A DNA stretch of 64,000 bases from Bacilli bacterium (GTDB lineage: Bacteria > Bacillota_I > Bacilli_A > RFN20 > CAG-826): positions 484 to 64,483 of the forward strand of contig JAFTDF010000042.1 of assembly GCA_017454295.1 (NCBI GenBank). The letters are read 5' to 3'. A program made the position numbers and the translations under genes. The first letter of the stretch is position 1, and each line of letters begins with the position of its first letter. This document shows positions 38,701 to 45,562 of this stretch, one piece after another. The notes beneath the pieces were generated by a model. That model did no database searches, was not told where the DNA came from, and saw nothing but the letters and a program-made list of their open reading frames with translations.

Positions 38701-38826
38701 CGTCTTGCCATAGACCGTCCCCATCCCGACGATTAACGCCCCTAAGGCGATAAAGGCGGAAAGATAGGCGAGGATGGTGACGATGAACATCCGATGGAGG
38801 GTCTTTTTCTTTCGTGGTTTGGCCAT
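35767..38826 (-). CDS. Membrane protein with GAF-like, degenerate GGDEF-like and degenerate EAL domains (candidate c-di-GMP receptor)
   Basis: Two N-terminal TM segments. A GGDEF-like block has RYDEKT in place of RYGGDEF. The EAL domain keeps QP...EILLR, N and EIAE. However, it has DQYSGR for DDFGxG, KVG for KxD and VGVEN for EGVE. It also contains a CxxC-x8-CxxC motif (CYQCLYGLNSPCADC). Confidence 0.7.
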   Translation of the reverse strand: MAKPRKKKTLHRMFIVTILAYLSAFIALGALIVGMGTVYGKTQNLAVLISMIIFVIVFIAAFFIIGVLSVRGLRKRYIDSLFGVTERNLAHINAGEAGLEDYPGGDKVVEFARLNDAVHAVKSSLNNATLVFGDLNYDSFFLEWVEGFDHVATLESFEKQLSNIIASSMNFRNALANIYYDLGNNGLSDAERHAIHQMIVEQFRHYENFLVLLPEDGNSFYIYLPRVDSFAALRHCFDGLLSKMAISKHNVEGYVPLVPHYAIVAYPFSAVHEMFPDLRYARRQGKIAQMYLPNRLHNLGDANIGKNAMHLNQMSKILFNLSSIESTNDNKQDVRAGMARVLQALCSELNFEMAGIIAYDQERGGYIFKDHVGPEETIQVGQLVDPDFIPALDASHDPDHSFYFSSRNHVGPQLGKVLDKLNIQSGFFYALKKDGKTYGAVYFINRFKNASLDSYLQESLSAACYHISSSYVQGVLIEDMLEAHRRYDALLAATDSVSYQIEKGTYRILSYSKGMKRIFRGLEEGKACYQCLYGLNSPCADCPLKTGNKKPSQVGKHQFVTSLTIDVQRGQRQTMLLRRVRTEEDYANRYDPELLIASFPTLFEEVSNHYLVGDNGYVLMLRLDNHDQLIRRFGSEGFLLIQRAFIDALKKLGPQYDGFFRYDEKTLGILFPAVGQVDLINRCEEIFRFTKGLTYEGGDTYDLNISYMPMNYPQGYAGANDFFRHVARDLNTRKRDKGSDYIYFDDTDYVRPASRREFILQVIEEQFGKETFRVSLQPMVQGREHRIFGAEILLRIQDEYRHIVFNPEELIRVAEENGKIPLITRALLRYVDSFYQAVGPATLKMFGFKQLALNTDVSLFADQSFDADFDEFLKKSKLPEGFLAFEIAEGDVSKHLEAFEAAAPMLKKHKVHMVIDQYSGRFISLDDVAKLGFEKIKVGRNVVHNIDTDQSRLKAITSLLTEAKEKNIDIAVVGVENRDQSDLLYKINPNLELQGYYFYMPLERPALIEAIRSNNNVGK

Positions 38827-38828
38827 GG

Positions 38829-39566
38829 TTATTTCCCTCCTAGTAAGTCGGCGCGGCCGATGTCGCCGATGGTGGTGACGATGCCTTTGCCCAAATCGAT
38901 ATAATGCCGCAAGGTGGTGGCATAATCTTCCACCGTATAGGCCTTATCCAAGAAACGGGAGACCGTTTTCACGCCCACAAAGGGCACATGTCCCAAATAG
39001 CAGGCCGTGGCGATGCCACCCATATTGGTTTCCAAGACCACACGTTCCTTCGCCCCATAGAGGAATTCGCCCGAGGTCATTTCCTTGAGCTGTTCCATTT
39101 TGGTGAAGGCGACGTTGGTGGAAACGTAATTGCATACCGCATAATGGCCGATGCCCCGCTTCTCAAAGGAATCGGAGAGATAGCCCACGATATCCTCTTG
39201 GCAGAGGAAGTAAGGCGGGAAGCCCGGGATTTGGCCCATTCTCGTGCCGGCTTCGGCGGAAAGATCGACGTCGCCACTAAAGACACGGCCGGAAATGGCG
39301 ATATCCCCGGCTTTGAAGTCTTTGGAGAAAGCCGTGCAACGGCCCACCCCGATGACGAGGATCGCCAAATACTTCTGGATTAAACCCAGCATGATGGCGG
39401 AGGAAAGATAATTGGTGAACATCCCTTCGACGAGGCAGACTTCCTGATTGAAGATGTTCCCAAGGGTCAACTTGTAACGGTCTAAATAGGTTTCGGTGTG
39501 CTTCCCGGTCATGATGGAGTCGAAATAGAGGACGTCATCATGGGTGGCGCCGACGATCATAATCAT
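38829..39566 (-). CDS. Divergent MTA/SAH-nucleosidase-like (PNP_UDP_1 fold) protein
   Basis: By eye it aligns with MtnN (IVGATHDDV.., VLETNMGGIATAC.., VGVKTVSRFLD). The catalytic Asp of the SD motif appears replaced (VSR), and the GSAGG loop is GRCTA. Confidence 0.5.
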   Translation of the reverse strand: MIMIVGATHDDVLYFDSIMTGKHTETYLDRYKLTLGNIFNQEVCLVEGMFTNYLSSAIMLGLIQKYLAILVIGVGRCTAFSKDFKAGDIAISGRVFSGDVDLSAEAGTRMGQIPGFPPYFLCQEDIVGYLSDSFEKRGIGHYAVCNYVSTNVAFTKMEQLKEMTSGEFLYGAKERVVLETNMGGIATACYLGHVPFVGVKTVSRFLDKAYTVEDYATTLRHYIDLGKGIVTTIGDIGRADLLGGK

Positions 39567-41104
39567 CGCTTGGTTCCTCCTTCAAACGGGTTGTCTCTTA
39601 AGAAGGCCTCATATTCCTCTTTGGGGAGGGCCTTCGAATAATAGAAGCCTTGGATGGTGTCGCATTTGGCGCGGCGGAGGAATTCAACTTCCTCCTTGCT
39701 ATCGACGCCTTCGGCGATGACTTCACGGTCGGAAGCATGGCAAAGGCCGATGATCAATTTGACGATGTCTTTGGCACGGGGGTCCTCACGCATGGCATCG
39801 ATGAAGGATTTATCGACTTTCACCGCGTCGAAGGGGATTTTGCGGAGATTGATGATGTTGGAATAGCCGATGCCGAAGTCATCCATCAAGACACGCATCC
39901 CCCGTTCCCGGAGCTTCTTGATAATGGACACGGACAGGAACTGATTGGCTTGGGAGGTGGTTTCGGTGATTTCGATTTCGATGAGCGAAGGATCGATGCC
40001 ATAGGAATCGATGGTGTTCACGATCATCGAAAGGAAGTCCATGGAGTAGAACTCATAGAGGGAGAAGTTGACCGATACCGGCAATAAACGGCGCCCTTTA
40101 CGTTTGGCTTCGGCCAAATCCTCGCAGGTCTTTTTGAAGACGTAGATATCGAGCTCATGGAGCAATCCGGCGGCATCCATGCGCTCGATGAAACGCGCCG
40201 GTGGGACGATACCATATTTGGGCGAATGCCAACGGATCAAGGCTTCGGCGGAAATGAATTCTTTCTTCTCCAAGGAGAACTTAGGTTGGTAATAGACAAC
40301 GAATTCCTTGTCATCGAAGGCTTTGACGATTTCGGCGATATCGTCGCTGGAAGCGGCGGAGCGAAGTTTCTCGTCATAGTAAGAGAAGGTTTCGAAATTG
40401 CGCTCGGCATTCTCTTTGGCCAGCATCGCATCGTCGATCATCGGCATCAGCGATTCGGTGGGTCCGGCGTGGCGAATCCCAAAGAAAGGCTGGACATAGA
40501 TGTGATAATGGCGTTGATCCAAGATCGCATAGATGCGGTCGCGAATGGTGACGACGAGGTCTTCGACTTGGCCTTGGTCGCGGTCAAAGGCATAGACGAC
40601 GAAATTGCCACGGTCGAAGCAGAATAAGTGGCGACGGCGGTCATAGAGCCCGCTTTTGGCGGAGAATAAATCCGACAAGGCGAAAGCGATGCGGGAGTTT
40701 AAATCGTTGATTTCCTCGTTGGAGGTGGCGGCGCGGGAAGAAGAGAAGGAAGAAGCCGAGAAGACAATCAGGAATTGACTCTTCCCTGCGAAGCGGAAGC
40801 TCCGCCGCCAAAGATTGGCGTGCTGCTCAAAGGCATAAAGGTTATAGAACGCGGTCTTTTGCCCCAAGGAATAGAGGTTTTCCGTCTGTAACGAAGAAAC
40901 GACGGTACGTTGATTGAAATAGATGGTGATGCAGCGTAAGAAGAGCCCGGCAAAGAAGGTCAGGTAGAAAATCGCCCCGATCATCAAACCGTGGTTGCCA
41001 TCCATCACGCCGGTGGCAATCAAAATGATCGATACGACGATGGCCGCGACATAAAGACCACCGGTAATGATGGAGTAGAGGAAATAACGGCGTTTGGATT
41101 TCAT
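39563..41104 (-). CDS. Membrane-anchored degenerate-GGDEF / canonical EAL protein (c-di-GMP phosphodiesterase)
   Basis: YYQPKF...AEALIRW, VSVNFS, EIEITETT, LMDDFGIGYSNI, VKVDKSF, IAEGVDSKEE and IQGFYYSKALP are all present. The upstream GGDEF-like block reads FDRGNF. Confidence 0.85.
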   Translation of the reverse strand: MKSKRRYFLYSIITGGLYVAAIVVSIILIATGVMDGNHGLMIGAIFYLTFFAGLFLRCITIYFNQRTVVSSLQTENLYSLGQKTAFYNLYAFEQHANLWRRSFRFAGKSQFLIVFSASSFSSSRAATSNEEINDLNSRIAFALSDLFSAKSGLYDRRRHLFCFDRGNFVVYAFDRDQGQVEDLVVTIRDRIYAILDQRHYHIYVQPFFGIRHAGPTESLMPMIDDAMLAKENAERNFETFSYYDEKLRSAASSDDIAEIVKAFDDKEFVVYYQPKFSLEKKEFISAEALIRWHSPKYGIVPPARFIERMDAAGLLHELDIYVFKKTCEDLAEAKRKGRRLLPVSVNFSLYEFYSMDFLSMIVNTIDSYGIDPSLIEIEITETTSQANQFLSVSIIKKLRERGMRVLMDDFGIGYSNIINLRKIPFDAVKVDKSFIDAMREDPRAKDIVKLIIGLCHASDREVIAEGVDSKEEVEFLRRAKCDTIQGFYYSKALPKEEYEAFLRDNPFEGGTKR

Positions 41105-41925
41105 TGCTTCTCCTCCGGTTGTTCTTCGGGTTTCGGCGCGGCTTTCTTGCTGAGCATCTCTTGGAGCATCTCGTCTTTCAGGCGTTTTAATTCGGCCTCG
41201 GAAAGCCCTTCTAAAGAGACGTCTTTCTTTGGGGCTTCCGCCGTGACTTCTTCCGCGGGCTCTTTCATGGCTTTAAAGATATCCATGACGGAAACGATGA
41301 CCAAATAGAAGGCGGGGATCAAAAGCAAGACGAATAAGCCCCAAGGCGAGGCGACAAAGCCAAAGACGGCGCCTAAGAAATCGCTATGGAGCACCACTTT
41401 ACCCAAGATAAAGCGTTCCGTGAAGGCCTGATATTGGCCCGGGTGGGCCGCTTTGCCTTCGGGGTTAATCCCAGCCACGATAAAGGTATAACGCCCTTGG
41501 CCGGAAGCTTTGCTTTGGTCGATATGGATTTCCTGGACGCGGTGGGTCATCGGATAACCGGTGGGAATGGTCCGGTCATAAAGGCTCTTGTCTTCGGGGA
41601 CGGTATATTCGGTGGTATCGGTGCAGCGGTCCATGAAGGTGATGTCGATGGTTTCGCCCCGGAGAAAGGCCTGATAGAGCTTCTCCGGATCCTCGCGATA
41701 GGTGATGATGGCGGAGTTGACTTTGTATTCGGGTTCCATGGAGTTGGTCCGAACCACGAAATTGCCCACACCGAAGCGAATCGGCTGACTGAAATATTCG
41801 TCCTTATGGACCATGGATTCGATCTGCCCTGCCCCCACGGCGAGGAAAAGGACGCCGACGATGCCGACGAGGACCCATTCGATAATGCGACGGGCTTTAG
41901 ATTTCTCTTTCTTCACCCGTTTCAT
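41101..41925 (-). CDS. sipW: Archaeal/ER-type signal peptidase I (SipW-like, S26B) with a C-terminal TM and charged tail
   Basis: N-terminal TM, catalytic-Ser box VRTNSMEPEY, His box GYPMTHRVQEI, a second TM near aa 190-220, then a K/E/P-rich tail. Confidence 0.8.
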   Translation of the reverse strand: MKRVKKEKSKARRIIEWVLVGIVGVLFLAVGAGQIESMVHKDEYFSQPIRFGVGNFVVRTNSMEPEYKVNSAIITYREDPEKLYQAFLRGETIDITFMDRCTDTTEYTVPEDKSLYDRTIPTGYPMTHRVQEIHIDQSKASGQGRYTFIVAGINPEGKAAHPGQYQAFTERFILGKVVLHSDFLGAVFGFVASPWGLFVLLLIPAFYLVIVSVMDIFKAMKEPAEEVTAEAPKKDVSLEGLSEAELKRLKDEMLQEMLSKKAAPKPEEQPEEKQ

Positions 41926-44045
41926 AATTTGACGACCTTCCCGCCGAGTTTGGCTTTGATGTCATGGGCTAAGTTGTAGTCATCGAAGACCTTGGCATCG
42001 TCTTTGTCTTCGCTATAGGTGCCTTCTTCGACGTAATAGCCCATTAAGGTTTTCACGATAAAGGTGCCGGGGATGGGTTCCCGTTCCATTTTCGGTTTAC
42101 GTTGTTTCACCGGCACGAATTCTTCTTCGTCCTCATCATCGTATTTGGGAGATTCGTAGTTCTCAGCCTCCGCATCCGTTTGATGGTCAAAGACCGGCAC
42201 GAAAGCGGGCGAAGCTTCTTCCTTCTCCTCCACGGCGGCTTCTTCGATAGGTTCCTCGGGAAGAGCTTCTTCGATCAAAGGCTCGGAGATTTCCGGTTCG
42301 GGGGTCTCGGGTTCAGCCAAGACTGCAGGAGTTTCGTCGATCTCGGGCTCTTTCGATTTCCGTTTCCTACCTTTTTTCGCGGCAGGTTTGGAGGCTTTTG
42401 GCTTTTCTACGGGTGCGATGGGCACTTCTTCTTGGGCGACGGGTCCTTGCTCCTGAGGAACCACTTCTTCAGAGGCCCTTGCTTCAGGAGCCGAATCTTT
42501 GGGAGCCGAATCTTTGGGAGCGACTTCTTCCGGAACGAAAGCTTCGGATTCAGAAACCTCGGGGGCTTCTTCTGCCGTTTCTACAGAGGCGGGAATATAT
42601 TCCTCGGGTTCAGGCTGCTGTTCTTCGAGAATCGGTTCTTCTTGTTTTTGCTTTTTGCCCTTTTTCGAAACGGGTTGTTCTTCGTCCCAAGACTGGTTCC
42701 AAGTGGCTTTGGCCGCGGCGACGAGTTCGGCACGGACGCGGTTGAGCAAATCGGTTTCCTCTTGTTGGATGACCTTGGCTTCTTTGGCGGCAAGACGTTT
42801 CCGTTCGAATTCGCGTTTTTCCAAAATGGCTTCGGCTTGCTTTTCGAATTGCCGTTCCATCTTGGCGTTGCGGTGACGGAGTTGCTCGAGTTCTTTCTCG
42901 AATTCACGCAGATCACGCTTCTCTTCGTATTCTTCCGCGTAATATTCCTTCTCTTTCCGCGTGGGGTGTAAGGGCAAATCCTTGTTGAGGAGGCGATTGA
43001 GGTATTCCATATACCCTTCGTCGGCGCGGACGAAATGGATGGGGCCTTTCAAATAAGGCCCATAGATAAAGGCCTCGTCCTCGGCATGGGTGAGGATCTT
43101 GGGTTTATATTCCTTGACGGCTCCTTTGGTCACCGTCGATTTATCCTTGCCTTGCAAAGCAAGATAAGAACCAAGCAGCGAGAAATTGAGCTCCGCGAGT
43201 TCTTTATCCGTGAAAACGGAATAATCCTCGTTCATTCGGTAAGTGATACCCAACGTGGAATAGGTCTCCAAATAGCGATAGACCTCATAGCAATGATGGT
43301 ATTTGGGGTTCTTACGGATGATGTTGGTTTGGAGAATGGGGTTGCGGACGTTGTTCTCGGTTTTGAATTTCCGCATAAACGGCGAGTTGTAGTAATACAA
43401 AATGTAATTACGGATCTCGGCGATACGTTGGAAATAGGTGGAGTTGAGTTGGCTCACCTCGGTGTGGGAAACGGATTTGACTTTGACTTTGGTTTCGATG
43501 GAAATCTCGGAATCCCCGATTTGGGAATGGTTTTTCAAATAGAGGACTTCCTCATCGTGGAGTTTGGCGAACTTCAACGCGAATTCATAACGTTTCTCGA
43601 CGAAGAGCATCAATTTACGAATGAAGGTCGCGATAAAACGGTTCTCGTAGGTGAAGAGGTTATCCTCGTTGGAGAAATTTAAGATCTTCGAAGGGATGAC
43701 GTTGCCGTATTCATCGACTTCTTTGATGTATTGGGTATGGGAGGCCAGATGTTGAACGGATTCCCCCGTGATTTTTTTCGCCAATTCGATCGGGGTGATG
43801 TCGGAGACCGCATGCGTGACCGAACGGGGCGCTTTGATGATATCGCCTAAATCGAAGATGACGCCTTCGATTTTATCGATCCAACGGGCATCGAAGGAGG
43901 AAGTCTCAACACGGTCGAGGCGCAAATACGAGTTTTTGCCGCGAGAAAGCCCCGCGTAGAGTTCCGCTTCATCCTCATCTTTGATGATGGAGCGCATCTT
44001 CGCGGTATATTTGGCGTAGAGTTTTTTATCGCGGCTTTCTTCCAT
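41922..44045 (-). CDS. McrC/DUF2357-like partner protein with a coiled coil and a long acidic P/E-rich region; no recognisable nuclease motif
   Basis: The segment NLFTYENRFIATFIRKLMLFVEKRY resembles the (T/P)-x-ENR-f-hk-x-fL motif of McrC/DUF2357 N-domains. No signal peptide or TM. aa 360-640 are coiled coil plus low complexity. A small C-terminal globular domain follows. Overlaps both neighbouring genes. Confidence 0.45.
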   Translation of the reverse strand: MEESRDKKLYAKYTAKMRSIIKDEDEAELYAGLSRGKNSYLRLDRVETSSFDARWIDKIEGVIFDLGDIIKAPRSVTHAVSDITPIELAKKITGESVQHLASHTQYIKEVDEYGNVIPSKILNFSNEDNLFTYENRFIATFIRKLMLFVEKRYEFALKFAKLHDEEVLYLKNHSQIGDSEISIETKVKVKSVSHTEVSQLNSTYFQRIAEIRNYILYYYNSPFMRKFKTENNVRNPILQTNIIRKNPKYHHCYEVYRYLETYSTLGITYRMNEDYSVFTDKELAELNFSLLGSYLALQGKDKSTVTKGAVKEYKPKILTHAEDEAFIYGPYLKGPIHFVRADEGYMEYLNRLLNKDLPLHPTRKEKEYYAEEYEEKRDLREFEKELEQLRHRNAKMERQFEKQAEAILEKREFERKRLAAKEAKVIQQEETDLLNRVRAELVAAAKATWNQSWDEEQPVSKKGKKQKQEEPILEEQQPEPEEYIPASVETAEEAPEVSESEAFVPEEVAPKDSAPKDSAPEARASEEVVPQEQGPVAQEEVPIAPVEKPKASKPAAKKGRKRKSKEPEIDETPAVLAEPETPEPEISEPLIEEALPEEPIEEAAVEEKEEASPAFVPVFDHQTDAEAENYESPKYDDEDEEEFVPVKQRKPKMEREPIPGTFIVKTLMGYYVEEGTYSEDKDDAKVFDDYNLAHDIKAKLGGKVVKL
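42487..42516. repeat. Perfect 15-bp tandem duplication inside the 707-aa gene
   Basis: GGAGCCGAATCTTTG occurs twice, followed by the partial copy GGAGC. It encodes APKDS-APKDS in frame. Confidence 0.9.
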
Positions 44046-45562
44046 TAGTTGTTCTTAATCAAGTTTTCGATATAGGCGTGGGACATGGGGAAGGTGCCTT
44101 TGCCATAGAGTTTATCCAAATAAGCATCGAGTTGCTTCAACTCGTCTTTTAAGAAGGCGATGTTGAGGGATTCGAACTTCTTCAAGATCTTGCTGGCAAA
44201 GATGAAATCGAAGCCATCGACTTCCTTGCCGCCACAGGCGACGAAGGTCGGGATGAAGGATTCGAGCTGCTTCAAGATACGGTTACCGAAGGCGAGTTTG
44301 AATTTCTTGATGACGAAGTTATCGAGGTCTTCGAATTTCTGGGTCATATTCTCGGAAATCGGGAAGTTGCGGATGGCATCGTCATAGAGACTGCGGAGTT
44401 GGAAATAGGGAATCGGCATCGGCTCTTGCTGGGCGGCCTGGAACGGGCGGCCCTTATCGTCGAAGAAGAGGGAGATGGCACGGTCATAGACCTTATCGGA
44501 GATGGTGAAGGTGGAGTCGTCGTTGTTGGCGGTGCCGAAGAAGACGACGTTTTGGGGAATGGCGAGTTTGCCTTCTTTGAGGTTGGCGGGGTCGCTTGGT
44601 AAGGTGTTGGGGATCAAGTCGATCTGCCAGGCGGATGGATCGCGCATTTCCATGATGGATAGGAATTCGGCGAAATAGTATTCGATACGGGCCAAGTTCA
44701 TTTCATCGAGGGTGATGATGTCGAGGTCTTGGCGGTAGCCGCAGGTATAGAGGGCTTTCAAGAATTCGGATTCGTTGAATTTCTTGGTGAATTCGTTGTA
44801 GTAACCTAACAATTCGGAACGGTCTTTCCAAGAGGGCTGGACCGGGATGATGGCGGAGTCGAATCCGAAGAACTTACCAAGGGCATAGGCAAGCGAGGTT
44901 TTACCGGTACCGGAGATCCCTTCGAGGATGATTAATTTCGAAGTGGCCATACCGGCGAACAATTGACGGATGGTTTCGATCTTGTAATACAAGCCCAATT
45001 GGCTGGCGGCATAGTTGCGGAAGGAGTTGCAGAGTTCTTCTAGGGACAAGCCCTGATGCATGGGGATATCCATGTTGACGCCGCGATAAGCGTTATCGAC
45101 GGAAATCAGCTTGGGGAAGCGGGTACCACTGGTATCGGCGGCCTCTTCAGCAGCCGCGGCTTCTTCGCCCGGCTTTAAGCCCATATAGCCGACTTTGAGG
45201 TTGAGGATCTTGTCGCGTTCACGGGTTGCTTCATAGAGTTCGTAGTTGAGGCGTTCGACCTGGCGGCGAAGTTCGTCTTTGTCGAGCTCGCGGCGGACGA
45301 AACGGATATATTTCCGAAGCAGGATGAAGAGCAAGAATCCCAGTCCGCCGATGAGGGCGATGAAGAGAATCAAGAACAACACCCAGAAGAACCAGCCCCA
45401 AAAGCCGAAGTCTTTGGAAGCGACGGAAAGGTAAGAGCCATAGTCATTGAAGTTCTGGGGCACATCGGACCAAGGGGAGGCGAAAGCCTTCTGGAACCAT
45501 CTCCCGATATCGGAGAAGACCCGGATGAGCAATTGACGTAGATATTCGAAGTAAGCGGTCAT
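44045..45562 (-). CDS. Membrane-anchored McrB-like AAA+ (AAA_5) NTPase
   Basis: One TM (FWGWFFWVLFLILFIALIGGLGFLLFILL), then a coiled coil. Walker A is GISGTGKTS and Walker B plus the McrB-type helix is IITLDEMNLARIEYYFAEFLSIME. The NxxD-type motif is FFGTANNDDSTF..DKVYDRA. There is no N-terminal DNA-binding domain. Confidence 0.75.
   Translation of the reverse strand: MTAYFEYLRQLLIRVFSDIGRWFQKAFASPWSDVPQNFNDYGSYLSVASKDFGFWGWFFWVLFLILFIALIGGLGFLLFILLRKYIRFVRRELDKDELRRQVERLNYELYEATRERDKILNLKVGYMGLKPGEEAAAAEEAADTSGTRFPKLISVDNAYRGVNMDIPMHQGLSLEELCNSFRNYAASQLGLYYKIETIRQLFAGMATSKLIILEGISGTGKTSLAYALGKFFGFDSAIIPVQPSWKDRSELLGYYNEFTKKFNESEFLKALYTCGYRQDLDIITLDEMNLARIEYYFAEFLSIMEMRDPSAWQIDLIPNTLPSDPANLKEGKLAIPQNVVFFGTANNDDSTFTISDKVYDRAISLFFDDKGRPFQAAQQEPMPIPYFQLRSLYDDAIRNFPISENMTQKFEDLDNFVIKKFKLAFGNRILKQLESFIPTFVACGGKEVDGFDFIFASKILKKFESLNIAFLKDELKQLDAYLDKLYGKGTFPMSHAYIENLIKNN

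Noticed and set aside
42102-42971. ORFs of 289, 125 and 115 aa on the plus strand, opposite the 707-aa gene
   Set aside because: These are F/G/R-rich mirror images of the acidic, lysine-rich low-complexity coding region. They have no RBS or domain features.
41922-45562. Reading the McrB-like/McrC-like pair as an McrBC restriction or defence system inserted in the locus
   Set aside because: The NTPase has a TM helix where McrB has its DNA-binding domain. I find no PD-(D/E)xK motif in the partner. Both genes overlap the fibre and sipW genes by 1-4 nt, so they form one translational unit. The defence reading remains a formal alternative, to be excluded by HHpred.
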